Shown in pieces: positions 1 to 11,905 of a DNA stretch of 20,178 nucleotides. Below the pieces are notes generated by a model. The model made no database searches and had not been told where the DNA came from. It worked only from the letters and a program-made list of their open reading frames with translations. Source of the stretch: Proteromonas lacertae (lineage: Eukaryota); NCBI GenBank assembly GCA_002245135.1, contig NGBS01000618.1, positions 62,001-82,178 on the forward strand, given 5' to 3'. The number at the start of each line of letters is the position of its first letter. The first letter of the stretch is position 1. The position numbers and the translations under genes are program-made.

Positions 1-478
1 AAATTTTTATATTTTGAGCACCTGCCTCCTATAGGAAGTAAGGGCGCAATATAATAATATATTATGTGTATATGATGATTTTATCAAACATTCATTTAAT
101 AATATTAATCAAATTTTCATAATCTAGCTATTTCCTTAATTAGTAACAATTGATTCCTAGCAAAATAAAATAATACTAGCTAATAACGCTTGTCTATCAG
201 TCTATATATTATAAGACCTATTTGTACTATTATTAAACATATTTGTAAATATTGCGAATTATAACAAACAAAACACTAACAAATGTATATTTATTTGTTA
301 CTCAGTGATAATTTAACAATTTTCTTAAAAACAAATCATTAAAGTAAATTTTGGCAATCTTACATCTATTCGAGTAAGTCAACATATTAGCCATTGGATA
401 AGTTAAGAATTTAAAATCATCTACTTCTCGTTTTATAATCATGAATTTTGACAATTTGCTTTCTAAAGCATTTCTTAT
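1..478 (-). repeat. Left arm of long inverted repeat (may extend past window start)
   Basis: Position i pairs with 2219-i. 1-478 is the reverse complement of 1741-2218, with one mismatch noticed (452 vs 1767). The ORF track shows the identical IRNALESK...LLNYH peptide on opposite strands. Confidence 0.95.
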
Positions 479-1075
479 ACCTACAACGAAGATATCTCTA
501 TTGAATTGTAATTGATATACTTCTACTAATCTTTTCATATATTATAAAGCTACTTCTTTTATATTCAATTTACCTCTCATGATTTAGCTTTCAATATCTC
601 AACTTTTACAACCATTCTTTAAAAATTTTCAGGTGTAAGAAGATCTTTATCATTTGTAATTGTAACCATTTTTATCATTTGTAAGTATAAATATCATAAA
701 TTACTTCAATTGGTGGAATTCCATTTTCATTTAACTTACTTATTTAGTAATAATCTAATGTCATAGTTTTTTCACCTTCAAACAATTCAATTAACACATC
801 GGGTTGTTAATTACTGTATGTACTAAATACTTGAGTATTATTAACTAAAATGTTAATAATTCTTTTAATCTACACAATTATTACACCACTAACTTTTATA
901 ACAACATTTCATTTTATAACAACATTTCATCCAGTTTCTCATCTCTATCAACACTATTGTAAAAGTAACAGATTGTATTCCTGCAGTAAAAGCTAAATCT
1001 ATTTAAATTGAATTATATGCACATATTCTATGCATAAGGTTTCTAACATCATTTTTTGCTTTTGTCTTATTATAA
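302..1075 (-). pseudogene. Degenerate coding sequence of unknown family; its 3' end lies in the inverted repeat
   Basis: 78-aa ORF 302-538 plus protein-like upstream fragments with stops and frameshifts (e.g. DVLIELFEGEKTMTLDYY*ISKLNENGIPPIEVI; NVYNKTKAKNDVRNLMHRICAYNSI*). Confidence 0.35.
894..929 (+). repeat. Perfect 18-bp tandem duplication (ttttataacaacatttca x2)
   Basis: Direct reading of 894-911 and 912-929. Confidence 0.9.
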
Positions 1076-1740
1076 ACATTCTAATTTGTATTGTTTAATA
1101 CTCATAATATCTTCAAAATTCAAAAATTGGTTCAAACTTTAGCTTGAAAATCCCATTTATTTTTGTGTTTTTTGGATGATATATGTGGATTATGAAATAT
1201 TTTTTGTATATAATAAATTTATTTACACATCTAGAACAAAATGACAACAATAATTATTTTTAAAAGTAAAGTAGAAGAAAAAATGGTAGTAGAATATCCA
1301 CAGATCCCCCATTGCTTGAACAATTTGAGAAAGCTGGATATAAAGTAGAAGCAGATATATATATAATCCAAATATTATAATGGTTATTGAAATCACAGTT
1401 GATGTTAGTGATTATTTAAAAGAATATTAATATCTTATATTCTGGAGGATGTTTTTCAATTATTTTCAAGTATATATTATCCTAAAAGTTGATTATGATT
1501 GTCTATTATGTAATTAAATTCTTAATTAGAGATGTTTTTATAAAACAACATTAGAGGATAAGAATGTTATATTTTGTAAACAGATAGAATAGTAGAAGAA
1601 TATTGATTGTGTAAATAAACACATAAGCATATATGTCAATTTCAATCAAGTAGTTAAAACATAATATGGCAAATGAAAAGAAATAGAATCTATTGATAAC
1701 AAATATAATTCAATTATAGTTAAATGTACATCTATTGTTA

Positions 1741-2218
1741 ATAAGAAATGCTTTAGAAAGCAAATTATCAAAATTCATGATTATAAAACGAGAAGTAGAT
1801 GATTTTAAATTCTTAACTTATCCAATGGCTAATATGTTGACTTACTCGAATAGATGTAAGATTGCCAAAATTTACTTTAATGATTTGTTTTTAAGAAAAT
1901 TGTTAAATTATCACTGAGTAACAAATAAATATACATTTGTTAGTGTTTTGTTTGTTATAATTCGCAATATTTACAAATATGTTTAATAATAGTACAAATA
2001 GGTCTTATAATATATAGACTGATAGACAAGCGTTATTAGCTAGTATTATTTTATTTTGCTAGGAATCAATTGTTACTAATTAAGGAAATAGCTAGATTAT
2101 GAAAATTTGATTAATATTATTAAATGAATGTTTGATAAAATCATCATATACACATAATATATTATTATATTGCGCCCTTACTTCCTATAGGAGGCAGGTG
2201 CTCAAAATATAAAAATTT
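1741..2218 (+). repeat. Right arm of long inverted repeat
   Basis: Reverse complement of 1-478; carries the duplicated 3' ORF end (TGA 1915-1917) and a TGTTTGTT at 1949-1956. Confidence 0.95.
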
Positions 2219-2693
2219 GAAAAAATGTTCAAACCTGGCTTGCGTCAATTTTATTTGTTTTTTATTATTCTCTCTAAATAGAGAGATTAGAATAGAAAAA
2301 ACTGGAGGTCCAGTGTACAGATATTATATATAATAGACTGATACCTAGAACGATCTAATTGTTTCTAATGATTAACATTGATGATGTCTAAATACCACAC
2401 ACAATTCAGAAAAGCTAAAATAATTAATAATAGTCAGACAAATTTCAATATGAGATTCATGGCGCTTTTAGAAACAGCCTGTTCAAAATTTGAGCAGCTG
2501 TTCAAAATAGAACTTTCCTCAAATTCAATATTAAGTATAAAGAAATTAAAGTTATCTAATTCTAATCATTTTTAGCCTTAATTTCGTTTTCTACTATTGC
2601 TACAGATGTTTAATATTAAGTATAAACAAGCAGTGATACATATATAACTGAGTAACCAGAACAATAAAATATAAGTGTATTTTTGTAATATTT

Positions 2694-2740
2694 ATGGGAT
2701 TTAGATTACGTTTATAACTTCAACGCAATCTAAAATCCAT
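2694..2740. repeat. Imperfect 19-bp inverted repeat/hairpin downstream of the transposase
   Basis: atgggatttagattacgtt (2694-2712) vs aacgcaatctaaaatccat (2722-2740): 16/19 complementary, 9-nt loop. Confidence 0.6.
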
Positions 2741-2833
2741 TTATCTCCCAACGTTATACAACAAATGTATTTGATTTCATCATATATTTAACAAACAAAT
2801 ATTATTAAACATTTAGAATATTAATTGATTAAA

Positions 2834-5800
2834 CTACAAATCTTTATAGAATGTTATTTCACTAATAAAGATATAATATTCTACATCACTGAATTTGAAT
2901 ATATTATTAAATATAATAATATCATTTATATCAACAATTTTATCCAATGTAGTAATGCTTATATATTTGTATATTGTTAATGTAATTTTTGTAACATTTA
3001 TTTCATTATAATGGATTTGCGAATTATTTATTGACTTTATAATACCAAAATGAATATTTTCTCCACTATGGAAGGATATAATTGAATAATAATGAATAGA
3101 TGGAAATGTTTTAAAAAGGTCAGATATTGATCTAGAATCATTAATAACTAGATTATATTTTCTATTGATCTTCATTTTTTCATTATAATTATAAACATAT
3201 ATTTGGTTAATTGATGATATTGTATTTAAGATTGATGTTTTTTGATGATTATTACTTATAGAGATGTTTTTTATTTGTTTATAACTTCTTTCATAAACAC
3301 TTGTACTCTGGTGAATAAGCGGGCCTATATTAGACAAATATTTAATTAAGTGAACCAAATCATGACAGGATGGAGTGAAGAATATATATAATTCCATAAT
3401 ATTTAAATTAGTTACTAAAATGTCTTCCATCTTATTTAAAGTGATATTACTGAATTGATAGTTTAATGCATTATTTACTATATCTATGATGTTGAATAAT
3501 CCATCATAAATCATTATTTCACTCTCTTTTCTTAATTTTATTATCATTAGAGGTAGGATATATAAAAAGAAGTGGTTTTGTTCTATCATGTTATACTTTG
3601 TAAATTTATTTAGCTGAAGATTGTAAAATGATGAAGATTGAGTATAAACCATTTTAAATTGATTATTGTTGTATAAATTAATTATATTGTCTTTCATTTG
3701 ATCATAAAACCTATTAAAACAGTTGTTTATTGTATGCATCGCATCAAAAGTTATTAAGTTAATGTCATAGTAAATTAATGATCGAAAACTGCTTTGTATA
3801 TCTTCTTTGTGTTGCTTTTTATTGAAAGTTCTTAAAAATCTACTATATGAATAGTTATTAAATATATGGAATAGTCTTTTTTCTTTATATTGATAAAATT
3901 GAGGATATAAATTCTGATACTTCTTCTTATAAGCTCTCATTGAGTCTTTTATTTTTAATTTTCTTCAACTACAACATTATTGATTATTTTATTAATAGTA
4001 ATGATTTTGGTAGTTGCTGTGCAAGTTCTACAGAAACTATTACTACCTACGAAATTATGTAATTTCATTAGTTTTATTATTCCAATCATATCACCTACTA
4101 TACTTACCAAATATATATTATATTTGACACCTTCTACCTCTATACCTTTAATAAATATATTGTTTAATTCATCAACTACTAATTTTGTAATATCATTTAT
4201 ATTATCATCATTATCACTTATATTTATTACTTGAAGTAATTTACTGTCATTATAATTATTTAATACTTTGTATGATAAAACATTTACACTTTTTTTAATA
4301 AAGCTAAAGTGATTTATTTCAACACCATCACTACTGATCTGTAACAAAATATGTCTGAAATTTTCTCTATTTACATCTAAATTATAAATGTTTTTGTAAT
4401 TGTTACTACTATAAATGCTCTTATATTTGCTTTTATTATTATTAATTGAATCATCAAATTTAATTATTTTCTTCTTCAACATTTTTCTAATCCCACTTTC
4501 AATTGTAATATAATTATTTTTGTCTGGTTTTTTTAATCCTACTACCTTTTCAACATAATCTCGTAAAGGCTTGAATGTTTCTTTTAAATGTAAATTCTTT
4601 ATTGTTTCTATTGAGTTTAATTGTTTCAATAACTTATTTACTTTATCTTGAGATATAGAATTCTTCAGAAAGAAATAGTATAAGTATACCGATAATTTTT
4701 CTTTATCACTATCGCCATTTCTACCTTCATATTCACTATCTCTATCATCATATAATACTGAATCATCTAATATTTCATCGTTATCATCATCATCATCACG
4801 AAAACCAACATATCCATCATCATTACCATCTCTTCCATTTTCATCTACAGCTATTTCCTCTTCATCAGTCATTATTTCTAATTCAATTTCATCTCCATCA
4901 TTACTATCTTCATCATATACATTATTATTTCTATTAGAAATGTCATTCTTTGTTATATTATTAAGAATATTATAATCTTCATCATTAGTATTATCATCAT
5001 TGTCAGAACTATCTGTTTCATCTTCATAACCATCTGCTGCAATATCATCATATTCGTTACTTATATTATTATTATCAACATCTATTCTTTTATTATTGTG
5101 TGTATCTTCTCTATTAATTACTTTTTCTCTTCTTTTTCTTTTTCCTCTATTCATTACACTATCAATATTTATTTCATCTAGTGAAATATAATGAACTTTA
5201 TCTTCTACAGAGTATTGAATAATGTACTTACCTTTTCTATATTCTTCATTAATTGTTTCTTTAATTTTCAAAAAATCTAATACAGCTGATTTATTGTTTC
5301 TACTTGATCTTGTAACATATCCTTTACTTTGTATTGTATAATTATATGACAATATTCTATCAATTATTACATTTGTTAAATAATAAGGAAAATCAATTCT
5401 AATTGATTTACCAACCAAATATTCCATATCTTCCACTGATTTTTTACTAGTATAATTTCTTTTGAATAAAAATGGATTGATAGAATCTAATACACAATAA
5501 TTATTATTTATATAATCTATATCATTAATACTACTTACCATTTTTTTATTATAATTGATTGTTTTTCCCTTTATTACATTAAAACTTTTATAGAATTGAG
5601 GATAATATAATTTCTCTATTATAACCTCTTCATTTGCTTTCTTTATAATTTCTCTATCCAACTCTCCTATTACATCAAATACATATTTTACACACTTTCC
5701 AAAATCTCTGTATTTATTATTAATTCTTTTATAACAATCAATTAACTTATAAAACAATGGTATATTTCTTTCTACATTTGTAGTAATTACTTTACTGAAA

Positions 5801-6225
5801 TATATAAAAGCAAGAAATAGAAAGTTATCAATAACTTTATCCATTATTACATCTTTTTCATTATTATAGAAAAGAAAATCTTCATTTTTATTATCTAAAT
5901 TTTGTCTTAAGTAATATTGAGCCACTTTTGTAGATATGAATTGATTTTTATAAATTATAATAACATTAAATCTTAACAATGTAATGATGATGGATGGTTT
6001 GTCTGTTTGAAAATATATATTTACTTTCTTATTATTGTATATATTAATTAATTCATCAATATTTGTGAATTCTTCATAAAAAACTACTTCATAATATTTT
6101 TGAGTATTTTCATTGAAATTATAAATAGTATCATCAACTACCAACACGTTGTAAGAATTACTATAATAAACATCATCATGTATTATATTAGGGTATAATT
6201 GAACTAGAATGTCTAAAAATTTCAT
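2834..6225 (-). CDS. CMC-superfamily (CACTA/EnSpm/Mirage-like) DDE transposase, about 1130 aa, split by a 1-nt frameshift at about 3959-3962
   Basis: Motifs in the expected order: helical YFFLKNSISQDKVNKLLKQL; LQISSDG (D1); DELNNIFIKGIEVEG...LVSIVGDMIG (D2); FCRTC; then in ORF 2834-3940 FDAMH and TPSCHDLVHL...IGPL...STSVYERSYKQIK (E). Adding one A to gaagaaaatta gives EEKLKIKDSMRAYKK and joins the two ORFs. Confidence 0.85.
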
Positions 6226-6250
6226 ATTTATATATAAATATTAATTCTCT

Positions 6251-6290
6251 TTTATTCTTTTTTATTCTTTTTTATTCTTTTTTATTTTTT
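6251..6290 (+). repeat. 10-bp tandem repeat (tttattcttt) x about 4
   Basis: Direct reading; lies just upstream of the transposase ATG. Confidence 0.85.
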
Positions 6291-6645
6291 CATTATAAAG
6301 TAATATAATATATATCTATATAATAATAATAATAATAGTAATAGTAATAGCAATAGTAATAAGCCAAAGGGGGAAATAACCGTTATATTGCTACAGAGTA
6401 TTCTTAAGTCATCCTGACAAATAGTCAGTGGCTTAGGTATCTATTATTACATTTATAATGGATGATGAGTATTAGTCACCATTATCTGTTTCTATTATAA
6501 AAACCATACATCAAATGTATAGGAAGCTTTTATTTTACCTGTATATCAGTTTATAATAACACTAATTCAAATAATCATTAGCTAATGATACTTTTGCATA
6601 TAACATATTCGGTGTTATCTTAGTTGTTGTAATATCCAACCTAAA
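6286..6645 (-). pseudogene. Decayed gene, possibly a membrane protein with a C-terminal hydrophobic segment
   Basis: Minus-strand reading ETDNGD*YSSSIINVIIDT*ATDYLSG*LKNTL*QYNGYFPFGLLLLL...YYFIMKK, with upstream LDITTTKITPNMLYAKVSLANDYLN; several in-frame stops. Confidence 0.3.
6320..6361 (+). repeat. (TAA)n/(TAATAG)n microsatellite
   Basis: taataataataataatagtaatagtaatagcaatagtaat; reads as poly-Leu on the minus strand. Confidence 0.8.
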
Positions 6646-7199
6646 TAAGAAACAAATCCAATTCGAACATTTACTACTGAATTAATAGTATAAACATGTG
6701 GAAGATTGTAATATTCTCTTAGGTTTATCATATTCTCTCTTCTCTTCACTTCCTATATTCACAATTTGCATAACCAAGTCGAAAAATTACTCACTAAACT
6801 CATTCTACTCACATGATAGTAATTTGTTGTAACATTAGTATAAATACAATCACATATAAAATAATTCCTTGAATCTATTGAAATTTGATTTTTAGACAAT
6901 AACTTATATAGCCAATAGATTAATTTGCATATTTACTTTCTCTTAACCGCCTTTCACTTCACATTTTTACTTGGATATTTATTTTAAGCATCTTTATGTG
7001 AATCAAACATCAAATTGACATGTACACTATATATTATTATCTATTCACTATAATAAAAATAATCTAAACTTATACATTCATTTAATTTCTCAAAACTTAA
7101 AAACTGAAACGAATATAATTTTTGAAATACACTTTAATTCTTTTTTCTTCTGTTGTGTTATGAGTATATATAGTATATAATTTTATATAGAATATAACA

Positions 7200-7870
7200 A
7201 TGGCAGCACAAGTGTTGTTATTACAGATAAGAAATATACAAAACAATACAAAGAGCAGGAATTGATTATAATTGTTGAAGGAAGTATAATATTATCATAT
7301 ATGTTAATTAGATAATAGTTCTAATAATTAAAAATCAAAGATATTATAACTAAGGGAAGAATTAAGAACATTTGAAGAAAAAAATACAACTATCATCTTT
7401 GATTTAGTCTGTCTTACTAAAGCTCATCAACTACATATACAAACTTTTACCTTGTTAATACATTTGGCACTTTTGATGTACAACATATTATTCGAGTTAT
7501 AAGTAGTAGGAAATTCAACTATTTCTGTTAATTTAGCATATTGGTATTATAGCAATTATCATATATTTTATTATCTAAATTAGGTGTCAGACTAGGATAA
7601 TTAGAATATAAACCAAGTTTACCATCAACGATTAATCCAACAAATACAAATAAGTATAATTGTTATTATAATATAAAATAGTAAAGTCTGATGATGAAGA
7701 AGCTAAGATGAATTAGTATATTTTTTATAATTATTTTTGTTAGGATGAATTATTAGGTATGTTTATTCAACAATTGGTGTGATTTCAGGTGTTGCCAAAA
7801 CAGTAACTGTAGAAAAGACATATATCGTAAGTTCAACAATTCATTCGATGAGAACACGAAAATTAAGTAT
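7200..7870 (+). pseudogene. Decayed putative Ig-domain (He_PIG-like) protein gene with a short intron
   Basis: Fragments FYLVNTFGTFDVQHIIRVI and STIGVISGVAKTVTVEKTYIVSST resemble the He_PIG pattern G.ISG.p....ytv.a.N..G; 28-nt GT-AG intron at 7716-7743; stops and frameshifts present. Confidence 0.4.
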
Positions 7871-7909
7871 GATGATACGAATATTCTGATTTTATTTTAT
7901 TTATTCATA

Positions 7910-8985
7910 GTAATTAAAAAACTTGGAAGCTTCTAAACCATCTCCAATTCAAGAGTATTTAGCTGATGTTATTCTTGGATTAATTGATTTAGAAACAGTT
8001 CAATCATTGTATTTATTGAATCAAGTTAATGATAATCCTATATTTAAGAAGTATTTGATCTATTATTTACTCTATTAGTTTTTACTCCATTATATGAAAA
8101 TAACATTTGGATTTGTATATAGTGGTATTATTGAGTTAGTATATCCAGTATTATTTTTATTATTTTATAATAGGTAAATGAATATATTCTTATAAGTATA
8201 TTAGTATATTATTCTTATTTATATATTGTTAGTAGAGTATTGAATATAATTTCAATAATTCAAAGTATATTCTTATTTATATATTATCATTAGATGAATT
8301 GCATTAGAATTCCAGGTGAAGAACAGTAGAAACATCCAGTTTATATATTATATTTTATAATTAGAAAAAGTATAACTATTTTAGTATATTATATTTTATT
8401 ATAGCTGTTTAGCATTGTACTAATCGATGAAAGGCAGAGAATATCAGCAACTTGCATGTTAAGCTATACTGGTATGTTTTAATTTGTTATTATGTTTATA
8501 GATATTATAGATGATTATATAAGTATTATAGTTATTTTTATATTTTAATAGTTATTTTATTAGAATAGCAACAGAATTCCAGGGGAGAAGAATATTGATT
8601 CAGTAATTTATCTATAATATATGTTATACAGTGTATTTATGGGGTTTAGCTATTCAGATTAACATAATAATACAGCATATAGTGCTGATATGAAAAATAT
8701 TTTGATATCTTCTTAATTAGAAGCAATTAGTCAAAAATAGCAATATGGCTCTATTTAACTACACACACATACATCAAAAATCACATAATATCATGATTAC
8801 ATTCAATTACCTAGTCAAAATTAATATCGTCCTTTCTGGAATACTCCTATACTATACATATCGTATATAGGTAGTGATTACGTATAAAATTTATTAACAT
8901 ATTTCAGTCCCTATTAGCCAAATACGTGGTATTTAAAATCAGTACAGTTCGAGATGTATTATAGTTTTTAAAGCTAATAAATGAT
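7910..8985 (+). pseudogene. Decayed multi-exon host gene of unknown family
   Basis: Series of 26-36 nt GT-AG intron-like segments (e.g. 8051-8078, 8148-8173, 8339-8364, 8472-8500) between protein-like exons (KNLEASKPSPIQEYLADVILGLIDLETVQSLYLLNQVNDNPIFK; YRPFWNTPILY); in-frame stops. Confidence 0.4.
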
Positions 8986-9529
8986 ATAAATCAAATAAAA
9001 TATATCAATGTTATTATTTATGTTTGTTGTTATTCAATTATAATGTAACATATCAAAAACAGACGAATGACATGAAAGAGGTAATTATGAAACTAAGTAT
9101 ACTATGATAAAGCTCAAAGCATGATACATCGTTTGACAAATTTTTACTATTTTATTCCTTATAGTTATTGAGAAAAATCTATTTAAAGTCACAAAAAGCA
9201 CTTAGAAAATTCTTATCGTGGCTATACAAGCCAAGGTCTATTTTATAGCAACATCAATAACTCAATAATTACAATAGTTGCGAGGGAATTAGATCTATAT
9301 ATTGATATTTGTTGTAAACATTTATCATTTGATCAAAAATTGAGTAAATTACTTAAAAAATAGATATGAAAGTAATATTTGTTATAATAGATAAGTGGTG
9401 AATCAGATGATATATACAAGAGAAATGAGTTTGTGCAATTAAAAAACAGTTGATGCAATTTTTTCAATAATAAAGAAACAATCATTTTATAATTATAATG
9501 ATAATTGTTTTAGATATTCACAACCACTC

Positions 9530-10389
9530 TTATATCCATTCTTCTTCATCATCTTCTACTTCATCATCATCTTCTTCTATCATATTATTCAAACTCTCAT
9601 ATGAAGATGGTGATAGAGGTTCTAGTGTATTTTGAAAGTATAGTGGTTCTATTGGTGGTTGTAGATGAAGTGGTCTAAACAATAATATTCCTTCCTTTGG
9701 ACGACCAAAATACTCTAATATTCTTATGTATGTATTGATTATCATCATCTTTGTTTTGGAATTCAATTCATCTTTTCTAGTTTCAAATAATCCATTCATC
9801 TTTGTGCGTATTCTGTATATTGAATCACTATCATTATTTGAGATATAATAGTCTATCATTGAGATATATAATGACCAAGGAACACTCTATAATATATATA
9901 TATATATATATTTATACAAAATCAAAACTAATTTTCTCTAATACATCTTCCAGTAACATAAAATCATTTCTTATAGTTTCAGCTCTATGAATTGATGATA
10001 ATAATCTCAGTATTTCAACTAATTTATCTTCAAATTCACTTCTATAGAACATTCTCGTGTAATCATTGATCAATTCTCTCAAGTATACTAAACATTCATC
10101 TTTCTATGTAACATTAAAAGATTATATAGGATATACTCTACTTAATTTTATACACAACATGATTATTCTGTATTTTGATAAATATAACCTATACAATATC
10201 AATTTTGATATATATTATACCAAATAACGTTATATTCTTTGTAAACTTTGCAAAAACTCTTGTAACTTTCAATTGACTCTTCTATGTCTTTCTCTTCGTT
10301 TCCTAATCTATTAATTCATTAATTCTACTCAAAATTGTCTCATATTTATCCTCTATTTCATCATATACTTCATCATCGTCTATATTCAT
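9530..10389 (-). CDS. Intact 5-exon host gene, 236 aa, similar to the N-terminal helical region of COP9 signalosome subunit 2 (CSN2-like, no PCI domain)
   Basis: Exons 10389-10329, 10302-10221, 10188-10137, 10103-9945 and 9886-9530, joined by GT-AG introns of 26, 32, 33 and 58 nt, give one open frame of 711 nt: MNIDDDEVYDEIEDKYETILRNEEKDIEESIESYKSFCKVYKEYNVIWLYLSKYRIIMLCIKLSRKDECLVYLRELINDYTRMFYRSEFEDKLVEILRLLS... The gene model is strong; the CSN2 similarity is by eye. Confidence 0.7.
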
Positions 10390-10496
10390 TTCAAAAAGTG
10401 ATTTGGACAATTAATGAAAATATGAGCGTTTTTCATTTCTATTTTGAATAAGCTTTATAAACAACAAAAATAACAATATCAAATATCGATTACAAG

Positions 10497-11905
10497 TTAG
10501 AAAGGTAATAAAGATAATAGATTATTACTTAAAAGTTGAGATTCGGTTATAAACTCTTTCAATAGTTGAAGTCTTGTTGTATTCTTGTTATTTGTCATTG
10601 ACATTTCTTTATTTTCATTCTTCTCATTATAATTATTCAATAATCCAATTGCATCATCAATATTTCCATTACATACAAAATTTTCAATGATAAAATCTAT
10701 TGAATTAGTGAATATCAAATAATCTACAAAATCTGAATAAAACTGAGTTGGTTGAATCATATAGAACAGTTTCTGCTTATTTATTTCATCATATATCTTA
10801 TGAATCAAATTCAACTCTATTGAATTCTCTGTTAAAGATATCTCACTTACTCCATTACTTAATCCATATAATACTTCTATATAATATCCTTTATTCACAA
10901 ATTGATTTAATACATCTATTCTTCCTTTAATTGAAGGGATTAACAATGATAATCTAACAACAATTGGGATAAAATCATCTCCAATATTAACGAGTGTTTT
11001 TATCATTGACAATATATTCATTTTCAATAGGAATGGATTTGATTCACAGATGATTATTATCTTATTAAGTAAATGATTTGCTTCACACTTATACTCTATG
11101 TTATTCATACTGTTTTGGTATTGTTTACATATTTCTTGTATTAGTTTCTGTAATATTTGATTCCACAAATCAGATAAAGGAGAATATGATTCTATTAATT
11201 CTGTTTTGGTTAATTCTATCATTATCTTTATTATCAAACGATATTGTCTCAAATTGACTAATTTCTTAAACACATTAATCCATATTTTAAGGTAAACTCT
11301 TAATTAAAGAAATCAGATTAGAAGAATGATTAACAACAATTATAAAAAGATATATTCTTAATGTTGAAATCTAATAGCATTTGTGTTACCATATTTACCA
11401 ATTCAGCATCATTTGGATAATCTCTCAATATTCCACTTATTAGATATTCTTTATCAATTGATGTTATTTCATCATATGAATATGTCAATTTCTTTTCTTC
11501 TAACACTGATAAATAACTATAAACAATAATAACAATTAATAATAATAATCATACTTACAGTACTGCCAATACATATGAACTTCATTAATTGGTTTGTCCA
11601 TTAATATCTCAATCACATTTGAAGGACAGAGTAAAAACAGACACTGTAAAGCAATTACTCTCTCTTTATAACATATATTCTCATTATAAGCTTTTCTTGC
11701 TAATATTTTACCATTTTCATATAAGATATCACTATTATCTCTATCATGAGATAAAATATATAAAACAGCATAACAAATATTCTCATTTATTATTTTCATA
11801 TTCTCATAGTATGATAATTCTAATATGTTATTCCCTTTATTAAATGATTATAAGAATCATTCTGTTTTACTTTATTCATATTTGAAGTAAATTTTCGCAA
11901 GGAAA
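10497..11905 (-). pseudogene. KNTC1: 3' portion of Rod/KNTC1 (rough deal, RZZ complex; Rod_C domain), 5'-truncated
   Basis: Spliced reading ERVIALQCLFLLCPSNVIEILMDKPINEVHMYWQYCNYLSVLEEKKLTYSYDEITSIDKEYLISGILRDYPNDAELVNMVTQMLLDFNIKVYLKIWINVFKKLV...ESNPFLLKMNILSMIK...IDDAIGLLNNY is collinear with the recalled KNTC1 C-terminus (RALQCLF...KPIEEV...KEGMIKGLW...LWNGLLQKLL). Introns at 11554-11517 (GT-AG) and 11357-11299 (GA-AG). Confidence 0.75.

Noticed and set aside
2171..2220. GC-rich palindrome as a Helitron 3' hairpin
   Set aside because: No CTRR terminus at the expected distance and no Rep/helicase gene nearby.
2595..6397. 12-bp direct repeat tattgctacaga (2595-2606 and 6386-6397) flanking the transposase as a possible TSD
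   Set aside because: CMC elements make 2-4 bp TSDs, no TIRs lie inside the repeats, and such a match is plausible by chance in AT-rich flanks.
8631..8985. Long reading frame interrupted only by TAA/TAG and ending in TGA, suggesting UAR=Gln recoding
   Set aside because: The stop counts are about what this AT content gives by chance. The neighbouring host genes (CSN2-like, KNTC1) have no in-frame TAR in long exons and end in TAA, so the standard code applies.
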